From Octopus bimaculoides (taxonomy: Eukaryota): DNA of 52,178 bases. The notes under the pieces were generated by a model. That model was given only the letters and a program-made list of their open reading frames with translations, had not been told where the DNA came from and ran no database searches. Below are positions 14,400-25,218 of this stretch, piece by piece. Within the stretch, counting starts at the first letter, position 1. Each line of letters begins with the position of its first letter. The stretch spans positions 26,729,259-26,781,436 of the forward strand of contig NC_068983.1 of the NCBI RefSeq assembly GCF_001194135.2, in the 5' to 3' direction. The position numbers were made by a program, and so were the translations under genes.

Positions 14400-14456
<57 letters not shown>
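14398..14456. repeat. (ATT)n microsatellite
   Basis: Direct array. Confidence 0.95.
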
Positions 14457-14460
14457 TTCA

Positions 14461-14795
14461 TTGTACCTTAAGAAACTTGCTTCCATACGACGTGGTTCCC
14501 GGTTCAGTCTCACTGCATATCACCTTGGGCAAATGTTTTCTTCCATAGCCACGTCCTACCAAAGCCATGTGAGTGAATTTGGTAGACAAAAGTTGAAAGC
14601 AGACCGTCATATATATGTATATATCTATTTGTGTGCCTCTGTGTTTGTACTTGACCCTCACCATCGCTTCAAACCTTTGTTATTGTCTTTATCTTCTGGT
14701 AACTTGGCTCGTACTAGACTCGACTCAGAGCTCATCAAAGCGGTTCCTCAGCATATCCGCGGTCAAATGACTGTAACATGTAAAAGATAAAAGGT
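14461..14795 (+). mobile_element. tRNA-derived SINE family B (long form), diverged and internally deleted
   Basis: Colinear with 32158-32540 (GGTTCCCGGTTCAGTC..CACCTTGGGCAAATGTTTTCTT..CCAAAGCC.TGTGAGTG.ATTTGGTAGAC..CAAATGACTG..GTAAAAGA). Confidence 0.85.
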
Positions 14796-15464
14796 AAACG
14801 AATTTGATGGCCTAAATCGAATTTCTCTCAACTCTGACTCAAATTAACTACATTCCGTTCTGTAAGATTCGATCCAGTGTATTAGTTTGTTTTAGAGAAA
14901 TTGCCAGCTCTGACTGACACTTTCTGATATTAAAGGAAAAAAACAGAAATAATAAATTTTGCTACTTGATATTTGCATATATATGCTTCTCTCATATTTC
15001 TCAATCTTTTTGATACTCTATTTTTTAAAGTAAAAACATAGTATTATATAATAATATACAGTAAAACTCGCGTACTTTTTTAGTGAACATAAACGCATTT
15101 AGGTTTCGTGATTATTGACTTATAATGGAGACTGTGAATTTGGTCGCGAAAATTCAGTGTAGACACCGAGAGTATCATTCAACCACTACGGAATTGATAA
15201 AATTTCGTATTTGCACTTAATCATATTAAATATATCGATAACTGCATTTTGGTTTGCGCCTACACACTTCAGTAAAATGACACACAAGAATTTTACATAT
15301 CACTATTACTGACTATCACAGCCAACTGAGATTTCAATTGTATATACATATATACTCTTACAGATAGTAATGGCCTAAAATTATTTAATCTATTCAACAA
15401 AATAATTTTGTCCAGTGGATTTCATATATATGTAACAGAGAGAGAGGGAGTGATAGATGGAGAA

Positions 15465-15597
<133 letters not shown>

Positions 15598-15769
15598 TAG
15601 AGTAAATACGTGATTAAGCAAGTTATGAAGTTAGAAAAAAACAATCATTGTACAGAAAATATCTTTCAGTCAAACATTTTAGTGTTTACTCATTGGACAT
15701 CGACAATTATTTTCCAAACAAAGAAGGAGAGCGATATTCATCAAGATCATAAATATTAATAATCCTAAC

Positions 15770-17010
15770 CATGATACTCTTATTAATATCCATCCATGTA
15801 TCAGTCGCTTTATGACTGGATATTGAATCTGCTAATGTATCAATCAAATCTGTTTGTGATGTACCTCGATTGTGCCAATGACGTCAAAATTGTTGAGAGA
15901 CAAGATGATATGTCACAAGCTACAGAGATTTGACGTAGTCGGAAAACTGAGAGGCAAGTTAGATGCCTTCATGAAAGACCATAGTCAGACTATAAAGCGC
16001 CCAACGGAAACCTGTCCAAGGAGGCATTAATAGCATGTGAAGTGCCTCAGGAAACTGACTTTTGGTTGCTAATTTTAATGGTAGTTATACCGGAAATGGC
16101 AACAGTAATACAGAGATACACGAACTAGATAGGGTGACAATTTAAAAGAATGACAGTCATGGAATCTTTCTACGTTAATATTCCACGAAATAAACTAGAT
16201 TCCATATATATATATATATATATACACAAATACATACATACATACATACATACATACATACATGCATACATACATACATACATACATATATATTGGCTGA
16301 AGAAAATGACATGTAAATTAAATTATAGCAGAAAAGTTCCAAACCCTGCTCTTTCGACTAGCTTGCTTTAAACAAGCCGCAACGAGGATAATTACGACAC
16401 AAAGGAACTGCAATTCGAGAGTGAAACACTGTGACATCTGCAGCTGATATGAGCAACCAACAGTTTCAAATTAATAGCGCAGCTTCATACAGTTCATCGG
16501 TGCTACAGCAGGAACATTACATCCAAGGAACAATTGAGCTACTGGGAAAGACGGAAAGAGTTACGACTCAGCTCCATGAAGCAAAGAGAGGAGAGATATG
16601 TAGTGACGTATATATATAGTAAATAATCCGAGAGCGAATGGAATCAAACTTGGCAGCGCGAGGTATGCCAGGCCCCGACTGGACGTCACTGGACTGTTCT
16701 TAATTTTCCAACCATACTGCCTACAATGAGGATAAGGTACTACAGCTGCTGAAGATTCAAATGTTCAAATTTGTTGAATAACAATTAAGAGAACTACATG
16801 GGATGGAGGTAGATGTTTTCAAGAAACAACTTGACTTACTGGAGTCCAAGATCCCAGATGAAACTATATAACGACAAGAAAATAAAAGAAATAACGTAAT
16901 ATAATACTCCTTCCTTCCAAATACCGAAAGTAGTCATTGAAAAGGATATAGCACTGGTGGTGCCCCAACATGGGCAAGGCCTATGTGTTAAACACATAAA
17001 AGAACAAAGG
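15770..17010 (+). mobile_element. 5'-truncated, decayed CR1-like LINE (RT to 3' end), interrupted by (TACA)n at ~16200-16290
   Basis: Frameshifted translation gives LYDWIL, MYLDCA (YLDFAKAFD-like), MICHKLQRFDVVGKL, EVPQET (GVPQG-like), WAEENDM, SYWERRKELRLSSMKQREERYVVTY and ELHGMEVDVFKKQLDLLESKIPDE. The 3' end is GGTGGTGCCCCAACATGG..AAAAGAACAAAGG. Confidence 0.85.
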
Positions 17011-19135
17011 ATTATTATACACATACACACACACACACACACATATATATGTATGTATGTATGCATGTATGTATGTATGTAACTATAAATACGGAGCAAA
17101 TAATTCAGGATAAATTAATTTGCGAATATATCATTAACTCTGCTATTATCTAGTGTAAGTTTTAAAATGATAAAAACAGAATCAATTTGATTTTTCGTGA
17201 ATTATTTTTTCTTGTCAATTATTTGCGCTGTCTTGAAATTATTTTCACCCTGGTGGCTGTCATGATTTTGGCGCAAAATGAATCAGTTGCAGCGCAGACT
17301 TCATCACGACGAGTTGGGAATCTCTCTCCTGGTAACACGTGCTGAAGAAACTGAGGTTATTTTTGCCAGTGTAGAAACCGGTCCACGTGAGTTCAAATAA
17401 TTGAATGCATGTTGAGAGATTGTCTTAGCCCGGTAGCCTTCGGGCGGTTGCTTTTTGTAGTTATCATCAATGTATTTTAGCGATTTAAATAAGAGTTTTG
17501 ACTGTTATTTCCAGCAGGTAGGCATACTTAGNNNNNNNNNNNNNNNNNNNNNNNNNNNNNNNNNNNNNNNNNNNNNNNNNNNNNNNNNNNNNNNNNNNNN
17601 NNNNNNNNNNNNNNNNNNNNNNNTATATATATATATATATGAGAGATAGATAGATACATAGATATATAGATAGATAGATACATACATACATACATACATA
17701 CATACATACACACACACATGCATACATACATACATATGTGCGTGTGTGTGGTTGTGTGAATAAGCGTTTATACGTATGTATTTTTGTATGTATATATCAT
17801 CTTCACGTTTGTTGCATTTGAATTAAAGTTGACTCGACATTTCCTTTCACGTCTCCAATTTTAAAACTGAACAATCGCAGATGAAATACGATTAGATGTA
17901 TAAGTCTTTGAAGTCGGTAACATAAATACCGGTGATATTCTGACTGTTATTCGTTTGCCTGTTCTCTCTTTTCTGCTCTACTCAAACTACTTTCATTCTA
18001 ATGAACAGAAATTCTCATATTACCAATCAAAAACATTATACAAACTATGGTATTTACGCTCACAACTTACTTTAATCTTTTCTTTAGATATTGTCATTCA
18101 TCGAATATATGGGTCATCAATATCAACAATGTAAAGGTTATCTCTTAAAGACTTTCGTACCCAATAATTGTACAATTTTACATCGTTCAGACTATCCATT
18201 ATTGACGCTGTTCAGTTTGCAACTTTAAAGCACGAAACTGAAAACTGAACAAACCAACTCATCAATCACCTATACGATGTTAGTTGGTTGAATGAAGGAT
18301 ATTTATGTCAAGTAACTAATGAGCATTTAGCTACTAATGATAGACTTACAACTGACTGTGTGAATTTATAGTTCTAAAACTTACCAGCCGCAATTCCATT
18401 CACTAATATGATGTATGAATAGCATTTCCTGATAATTATGAATTAAACCGGTCTAATAATTTGGTGAAACACATGAAATGAAGAAAAGTTCTGATGATTA
18501 AATGCACAACACTGTGCATGTTATATCAAAGAAATATATTTGTCTGAGGTTCTCTAGTAAAGAATTGTCAAACAAGGAATGAACAATAAAATAAGTATGG
18601 AGAATCCATTGTTGTAGTACGAAATAAATATAACGATTACTTTAGATATAGACATAAGCATATATTTCGTTGGTGTATTTTATTCTGTATTGATTCGTAA
18701 CATTGTATCATAAAAACAGCGAGTTTATTTCACAACTGAAATTATATACGTTCTTCTATAAAATCATTAGCCCACTGGTGTCTAGCATAAGTTGATTGTT
18801 TCATCTACACTTCAATTTTATGGTACTGCCCTGATTTTCAGCATATAAAGTATATGATTCCTAGCTTTTCCTTAGCTTAACATTCTAATCCATTTAAATA
18901 TATCAAATATCGTATACTCCATTCATCTGTCTTGCATCTTCATCAGAAATGCAAGTGAATATAGATTTGGAAACAATATTTTCCTAACAGATGCTAATCC
19001 ACGGATTTTTGTTTTGAAAATCAGTTTCATTTGTTTAACGTATCACAAACATTTTAGCGTTCCTTTCGCTTCTACTGCTTTAAATTAAACAGCAAGCATC
19101 GTATTATTCAGCCATATGATTATAATGAGATTTAA

Positions 19136-19355
19136 GTGGGCGAGTGGGCAGAATCGTTAACACGCCATGTAAAATGCTCAGCAACATTTTGTCCGTCTTT
19201 AACGTTCTGTGATAGAATCATGCCTTGTTTTGCTTTACGTTTCATTCTTTTCGGTGTCAAAAAAATAAGTACCAGTTTAACACTAGTATCAATGTAATGA
19301 AATTACTCACTTCCCCGAAATTACGGGTCATGTGCCAAAATTTGAAATCAATATA
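19136..19355 (+). mobile_element. SINE family A, full length
   Basis: Runs from the GGCGAGTGGGCAGAATCGTTAACACGCC head to the GTGCCAAAATTTGAAATCAATAT tail. Confidence 0.85.
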
Positions 19356-19813
19356 ATTATAATGAAATTTACAAGATTATTTCTTGCTTCAATACACACA
19401 AACAAAAAATAAATCACTAAATGAAAAACCCAGTCCTTGGCACATTCCTTTTTAACGATTAGGCAGTAAAAAGTCTGAACGTCCATGGCTTTCGGCAACG
19501 GTAATATACAATATAGAGGCGAGAGTAGGAAAGGTGATACTAAGGATGAGTCGCAATAGGTATGGGATGCTTATGCAAATAATTTGAATTAGGGATGTGT
19601 TCTTACAAATAGGATGTGTAAAATCTAGAATTTAGACGCATATGAGACATACGTTGTAATGTATTACTCGACAGTAATAAAATGACCTTTGTTGTTAATG
19701 CTATAAACGATGTTTCTGTGTCTAATAGTAGCCGCATATCAGCTGTATTCCAGTGTGGATTATACTTCTTTTAGCGTTTCAATCTCTGAATATAACTGAA
19801 GTATTCTCAGTTT

Positions 19814-20342
19814 CATATTCTCACTGAACATAAAGGAAGAGTGGCATGCGGTATCATACTTATCTAATGTGAGGACCATTCGAACTCCCAGCAAGCTGGT
19901 GGTTTATATAGTGAGGACGGATTTCCAGAGATATGAGTGACTTGAGTTTAAAAACAACTTATTTTTACTTGTCATAACATTATGCATACACTCATATGAA
20001 ATGATTGCCAGAGACAGAGTTAGCATTTGTAACGATTTTAAGTGTTTAATTGCTTCTTTGAAAAGAAAGAAAGAAAAACAGAAAAAGCGAATCGTAATTT
20101 GAGAAGTGATATGATCTCTGTGTCTTAGAATAAAGCTAGTCTATCATTTTATAAATTAGTGAATGCAGCCAAGGTGCGTCAGAAATTATAAAGGTAGAGT
20201 ATATTTAGACGTGTCATGTATCATATATTCCCTGAACATAATTGAAGGGTGGGACGATTTAACATGCATATCTGCTGTGAGGACCATTCGAATTCCCAGC
20301 AAGCTGGCGTTTTATATAGAGAGGACAGATTTCCAGAGATAT
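19814..20342 (+). repeat. ~120-bp direct duplication with ~408-bp period (19814-19934 and 20223-20342)
   Basis: The 67-nt core TGTGAGGACCATTCGAAYTCCCAGCAAGCTGG..TTTATATAG.GAGGAC.GATTTCCAGAGATAT differs at about 5 positions. CTGAACATAA is also shared upstream. Confidence 0.9.
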
Positions 20343-22439
20343 ATCGGAAACATGTAATATCGGTGTTTATAGAATGTGTGTCAGAGGTTCCTTTAGTGCA
20401 TGTTTGATATTATTTGTTGCCTCTGAACATAACTATGACGGTTACGCAAGTCGCCGAGAGAGAAAAATAATGTTTTGTGTTACATAGTTAAGGGGTTACC
20501 CTCAAATTACAAACGATTAAAAGATCATTTGGCCGGGAGAATATATCCAGTTCTTGTGCTATATTCTATTCATAACTGTAGAGGAAGACTCGTTGCAATG
20601 TTTTCATAACATCCTTATTAATGAATTCTTTCACTACTTTCGACAGTTTGTAATGTAGAGCAAAACTATATACGTGGTAAAGTGAAAAGCGATCAGGATG
20701 ATAAAAATCTGAAATGTATAGCAAAAAGATAAACTTTGTAGTATATAGTTGGAGCTGCACGTGTTAATCAAACACAATTTCTTGGGAATCGATCATTTTC
20801 AGCATTCATTGATCATACTGCATGCATTGACGTCCCTCTGCTTGTTATAAAGTCAAATGAAGTGGAAATTTGTCTCGTCTACACTACTCAATGAGGTAAA
20901 CGTTTATCTCATTTCCTTCCATAAATATATGTATTTCAACAAATATATTTTAAAATTGATGATTTAATTAACTCACAGATTTATTAACGATTCAAACACT
21001 TTATTGTACTATCATTTGTGAAATAATTTACACAGTATGCCTTTACAAATATCTTATGCATTCTAAATATCTTTAACAGGTGCTGTGATATGGCAACATA
21101 TACGCAACTGATCATTATTGCTCGCTTGAACGTGCGTTTTTAATAATCGTTAATACAGTGAAATAAAACTCCACAACATATAGCACATCAGATTACAAAT
21201 ACAAAATTACAAAATTATTTATGCGTATTACAAAATTATTCATCACGAAAAACAGCAGTCAGTTGTCTATTTTAAAATATATAACTAGTCAATGCATGTA
21301 AGCAATAAAATCATCTGTTAATAGATTGCCGATACAAGAAAATGAAAACTTGGAGTTCAAAACAAAATACGAATTTTGAATTGAATCAATACTTGATGAA
21401 TAAACAGCTGCTTTACTTTAGCATCAAATGCTTAATGCTGTAGAAACTTCAATTAGAAAAGAAAGCAAAATCAGAACCCTCATGGTAATAGCGGAATGAA
21501 TGATTGATATGTCATTTGTTCTGTTTTTTCCAGTAGATAATTCACGGTGTTCTATATAAAATTATATCTATAAACTTGTGTGGTATAATATCATATCTAA
21601 ATCATTATATAACGACAGTAAGGTATTATTTCATAATTGAAGGAGTAATATAATACACTAAGACCTACCTTCCGAAAAATAACAGATGAAATGTCTCGTG
21701 TAAAGAAATTTTAATGTACATGCAATTTTTATGCATGAAAATAATCTATGTAGAATGTAAACAAGTGCACGCTAGGCAACATCAAATTACATCCGAATTG
21801 TTTGGTGAAAGATCACTTCCGATTAAATAATAGAAAAAAAAACACCCACAACTGCACACGTTAATGATCTATTCGTGAAACGCTGTTTTACAGCAAGTAC
21901 AACAGTTGGTAAGAAATATAAGACAAGTATCAACGAACTTGGATTGTTTAAGTTATTTCTTTAAATCAAATTCCATATTTTCAAATGATGAAAACGAACT
22001 TAAAGGAACAGCGTATAGTGTTTTCTTTTGTTTTTTGTATACATATAGCACATAATTAGAAATATCTTAAAACTGTATACCCCTTAAAGAATACAAGCTA
22101 TATAGTATATCAGAATCATCTCCAGCAGATAATAAAAAACCGCAGGATATTTCAAGACCAACAGATGCATCCATTTATATTTACTAGCTAAAATACAGTA
22201 AGATAGAAATCGAAAGTTGCATTACGCTGAAATAACAATCAAATTACTAGATAATGATTCTTACTAAAAAGCAAGAAAATATTGAAGTTCTAGCAGGTAA
22301 TGCACTTCAAAATATCATGCTATCTATGGTTACGATGAAACGATAATATTTTGAAATAGTAACAACAAAAACAGACTTTGGCAAAAATATTGACGGGTCG
22401 AAATATGTAATATGTGACAAAAACCGAAGTTTTCAGGAC

Positions 22440-22467
22440 AATAATAATAATAATAATAATAATAATG

Positions 22468-22544
<77 letters not shown>

Positions 22545-22684
22545 AAGAAGAAGAAGAAGAAGAAGAAGAAGAAGAAGAAGAAAAAGAAGAAGAAGAAGAA
22601 GAAGAAAAAGAAGAAGAAGAAGAAGAAGAAGAAGAAGAAGAAGAAGGAGGAGGAGGAGGAAGTGGAGGAGGAGGAGAAGAAGAA
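22440..22684. repeat. Compound (AAT)n(AAG)n(GAG)n microsatellite
   Basis: Direct array; the source of the poly-I, poly-R and poly-F ORFs. Confidence 0.95.
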
Positions 22685-22685
22685 A

Positions 22686-22890
22686 GATTTCAAATTTCGG
22701 AAGGGCAACAAGATTTTGGAAGGGTATATGTCGATTTCATCGACCCTAGTACTCTACTGGTACGTATTTTATCGATTTCGAAAGGATGAAAGGTAAACTC
22801 CATCTTGGAATTTGAATTTAGAACGTACAAATGGGCGAAATACCGCCAAGCATTTTGCGAGTCGTACTAACGATTCTCACAGCTCGCCAC
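22686..22890 (-). mobile_element. SINE family A, full length
   Basis: Reverse complement of the family A consensus, ending ..ACTAACGATTCTCACAGCTCGCCAC on the plus strand. Confidence 0.85.
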
Positions 22891-22911
22891 GTTAGTAGCA
22901 ACTGTAATAAT

Positions 22912-23115
22912 CGTTTCTTCTACAGGCACAAGGCTCGAAATTTTGAGAGAGAAAAGTAGTGGATTACACCGACCACAGAGTCTTAGTGGTTCTTTATTTA
23001 TCGACACCGAAATGGTGAAAGGCAACGTCGATCTCAGTGGAATTTGAACTCAGAACATAAAGACGGACCAAGCATTTCGCTCGGCATGCGAAAATCTCTG
23101 CCAGCTCGCCACCTT
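22912..23115 (-). mobile_element. SINE family A, full length, tandem with the previous copy
   Basis: GGCACAAGGC..TTTTATCGAC..GAATTTGAACTCAGAACATAAAGACGGAC..CTGCCAGCTCGCCACC. Confidence 0.85.
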
Positions 23116-24050
23116 ACCAACAATAATATTAATGGGCAAAGTGACGATGTCAACAACAAAACACCGAAAATTATGATGATGAGAGCGACGATGATGATGA
23201 AAATGAAGTTTATGATGAAGGTGATGATGATAATAATGGTGATGACAAAAACCACGGCATTACAGTTCATATTGAAAGAGGAATGAGGAAGAGAGCACAA
23301 AAGGAAAACAAATTTGATGAGAATAGCCTTGATGAATAGCAAAATTACCGCAAAAAGCTGATGCAAAATTAATGTAAAGGAATAAGAAGCCCCGGTGGTA
23401 GTTGATTTGTAGACATAGATTTAGCGAAGCTATAAAATTAACATAAAAATGGACACTGTATTATAACCGAGAATATCTAAACACAAAAATACAACAGTAA
23501 CGATAACCACATTTTGACTTTAGTCAGTTTTCCTAGATTTACAAATGGAAAAGGGAAACCTTAGCAGTGATTTAAGCAACTTGGACATTTGGTAGCAGTG
23601 CAAAGATAAAACAAAAAGCAGTTAAATTAGAAGAAATATATCATGTAAGAATAAAAATTAATTGAGGAAAGATATGAAAAACCTCAGAGTGGAAACGGAA
23701 AAACCGCTAAAATTTTAAAAAATATAAATAAACAATTTAGACCCAAAACTAGTATGGCTATGGCACAGAATTGTGTATCCATTATTTTTGAAGAAAGTAA
23801 GCGATATATAACTTAGGATACAATGATGAAGGAAGCGAAATATTCGGAGGATAATTTTGAGTAAAATGTATCTGAAAAATAGTTGATTATTAAGCCAGCT
23901 TCTAGAGTGAAATCGCTAATAAAATGATGAACAGAAAACAATAATAAAATAAAATGTTCTGCCTCACACACACGAATAATAATTATGAGGTGTGAGAATA
24001 GTTGATTAGATTGTCCTCAGAGAAATTTTAATATTATATCACATGGATAA

Positions 24051-24252
24051 GGCGGTAAGCTGGCACAATCGTTAGCATGCCGTGGAAAATGCTCCGCAGT
24101 CTTTCGTCCGTCTTTATGTTGTGTGTACAAATTCCGCCGGGATCGAATTTCCCTTTCATTATTTCAGGGTCAAGAAAATAAGAACGCTGTGGTCAACTTA
24201 CCTCTCTTCTCTGATATTGATGAACTTGTGCCAAAATTTGAAACCAATATTA
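24051..24252 (+). mobile_element. SINE family A, full length
   Basis: GGCGGTAAGCTGGCACAATCGTTAGCATGCC..CTTGTGCCAAAATTTGAAACCAATAT. Confidence 0.85.
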
Positions 24253-24255
24253 TAT

Positions 24256-24434
24256 TACAGTTCTATATTTAAGAGATGAGGAATTATGTACATTATTTAC
24301 ATTTGAGGGATATTTGTCCTCAACTTGTTTGTTGTTATCACAAGTTTTCGGCTGATATACTACGGACATATGGCGTAGTGGTTAAGAGAGCGGGCTACTA
24401 ACCCCAATATTCCGAATACTATTCCGGGCAGTGA

Positions 24435-24473
<39 letters not shown>

Positions 24474-24476
24474 TGA

Positions 24477-24507
<31 letters not shown>

Positions 24508-24578
24508 ANNNNNNNNNNAAGAAGAAGAAGAAGAAGAAGAAGAAGAAGAAGAAGAAGAAGAAGAAGAAGAAGAAGAAG

Positions 24579-24622
<44 letters not shown>

Positions 24623-24775
24623 CTTTGAAAATACGCTAGGAATGAGAGTCCAGGTGTGCGAAATTTCCCCAAGACACATGATGAAGGCTGGCGGGTATAT
24701 CATCCGAAACGTTGTGTTAACAACAAAGAAGATGAGGACAAATATCCATCAAATGTAAATAATGTAAATAATGTA
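24256..24775 (+). mobile_element. Composite SINE family D: inverted tail copy (24256-24360), tRNA-Thr-like head (24363-24437), microsatellite (24440-24621) and hammerhead-bearing tail (24622-24775)
   Basis: There is an A-box TGGCGTAGTGG at 24371-24381 and an anticodon-like loop CTACTAA. The head is repeated at 47718-47790. A 78-nt inverted match links 24283-24360 and 24695-24772, with about 8 mismatches. Confidence 0.75.
24673..24718 (+). ncRNA. Degenerate minimal type I hammerhead ribozyme motif (Penelope-type)
   Basis: GACAC-[A]TGATGA-A-GGCTG(N10)CA[T]CC-GAAA-C-G-T-T-GTGTT. Stem I GACAC/GTGTT pairs. Stem II becomes a perfect GGCTG/CAGCC when the inverted copy is used. Stem III is the palindrome ACGT. 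This copy carries a C3>A substitution. Confidence 0.6.
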
Positions 24776-24797
24776 AAATATTATATTCCATTGATAG

Positions 24798-25021
24798 GGC
24801 GGTGAATTGGCAGAATCGGTAGCACGCCGGGCAAATTGGTTAGTGCTCGTTTGCCCATCCTTATAATTTGCGTTCAATTTCCGCTGAGGCCAACTTTGCC
24901 TTTCATCATTTCGAGATCGATAAATAAGTACCACTTGAACACTGGAGTATATCTAATTGATTTACTCGAACGCCAGCCCCACGCTGAAATTGCTTGTCTT
25001 GTGCCCAAATTTTAAAAAATA
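24798..25021 (+). mobile_element. SINE family A, full length
   Basis: GGCGGTGAATTGGCAGAATCGGTAGCACGCCGGGC..GTTCAATTTCC..TCGATAAATAAGTACCACTTGAACACTGG..CTTGTGCCCAAATTT. Confidence 0.88.
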
Positions 25022-25218
25022 TAGCAAGTATGTGCTGAAAACTTCCTGGATCAGTTAATTATATTTGTTTGCAATAATACACTTGTCTCAAAATCACACA
25101 CTAATTGCAGGTGTCCTTTAGTTTTTCTCAGCCCAATAAAAGAACGCCTTAAATTTGTCTTCCAACCAGACTTCGCATGTCACTCTTAAAACCAGTAACT
25201 CTTCAGCACGACCTCATA
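25022..25218. mobile_element. Mariner-derived MITE (~197 bp)
   Basis: The left end GTGCTGAAAACTTCCTGG and the reverse-complemented right end GTGCTGAAGAGTTACTGG form TIRs with TA at both outer ends. The TIR resembles the mariner end at 12108-12136 (reverse complement GTACTGAAAATTTCCTGG). Confidence 0.75.

Noticed and set aside
17426-17460. GC-rich hairpin followed by a T-run resembling a bacterial intrinsic terminator
   Set aside because: The stem is only 3-5 bp, the context is eukaryotic, and nothing nearby suggests bacterial DNA.
24363-24437. Functional tRNA gene
   Set aside because: The T-arm/B-box is broken (CCGAATACTATTCC), the anticodon stem is mispaired, and it is embedded in a repeat with a second decayed copy. 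It is a SINE head.
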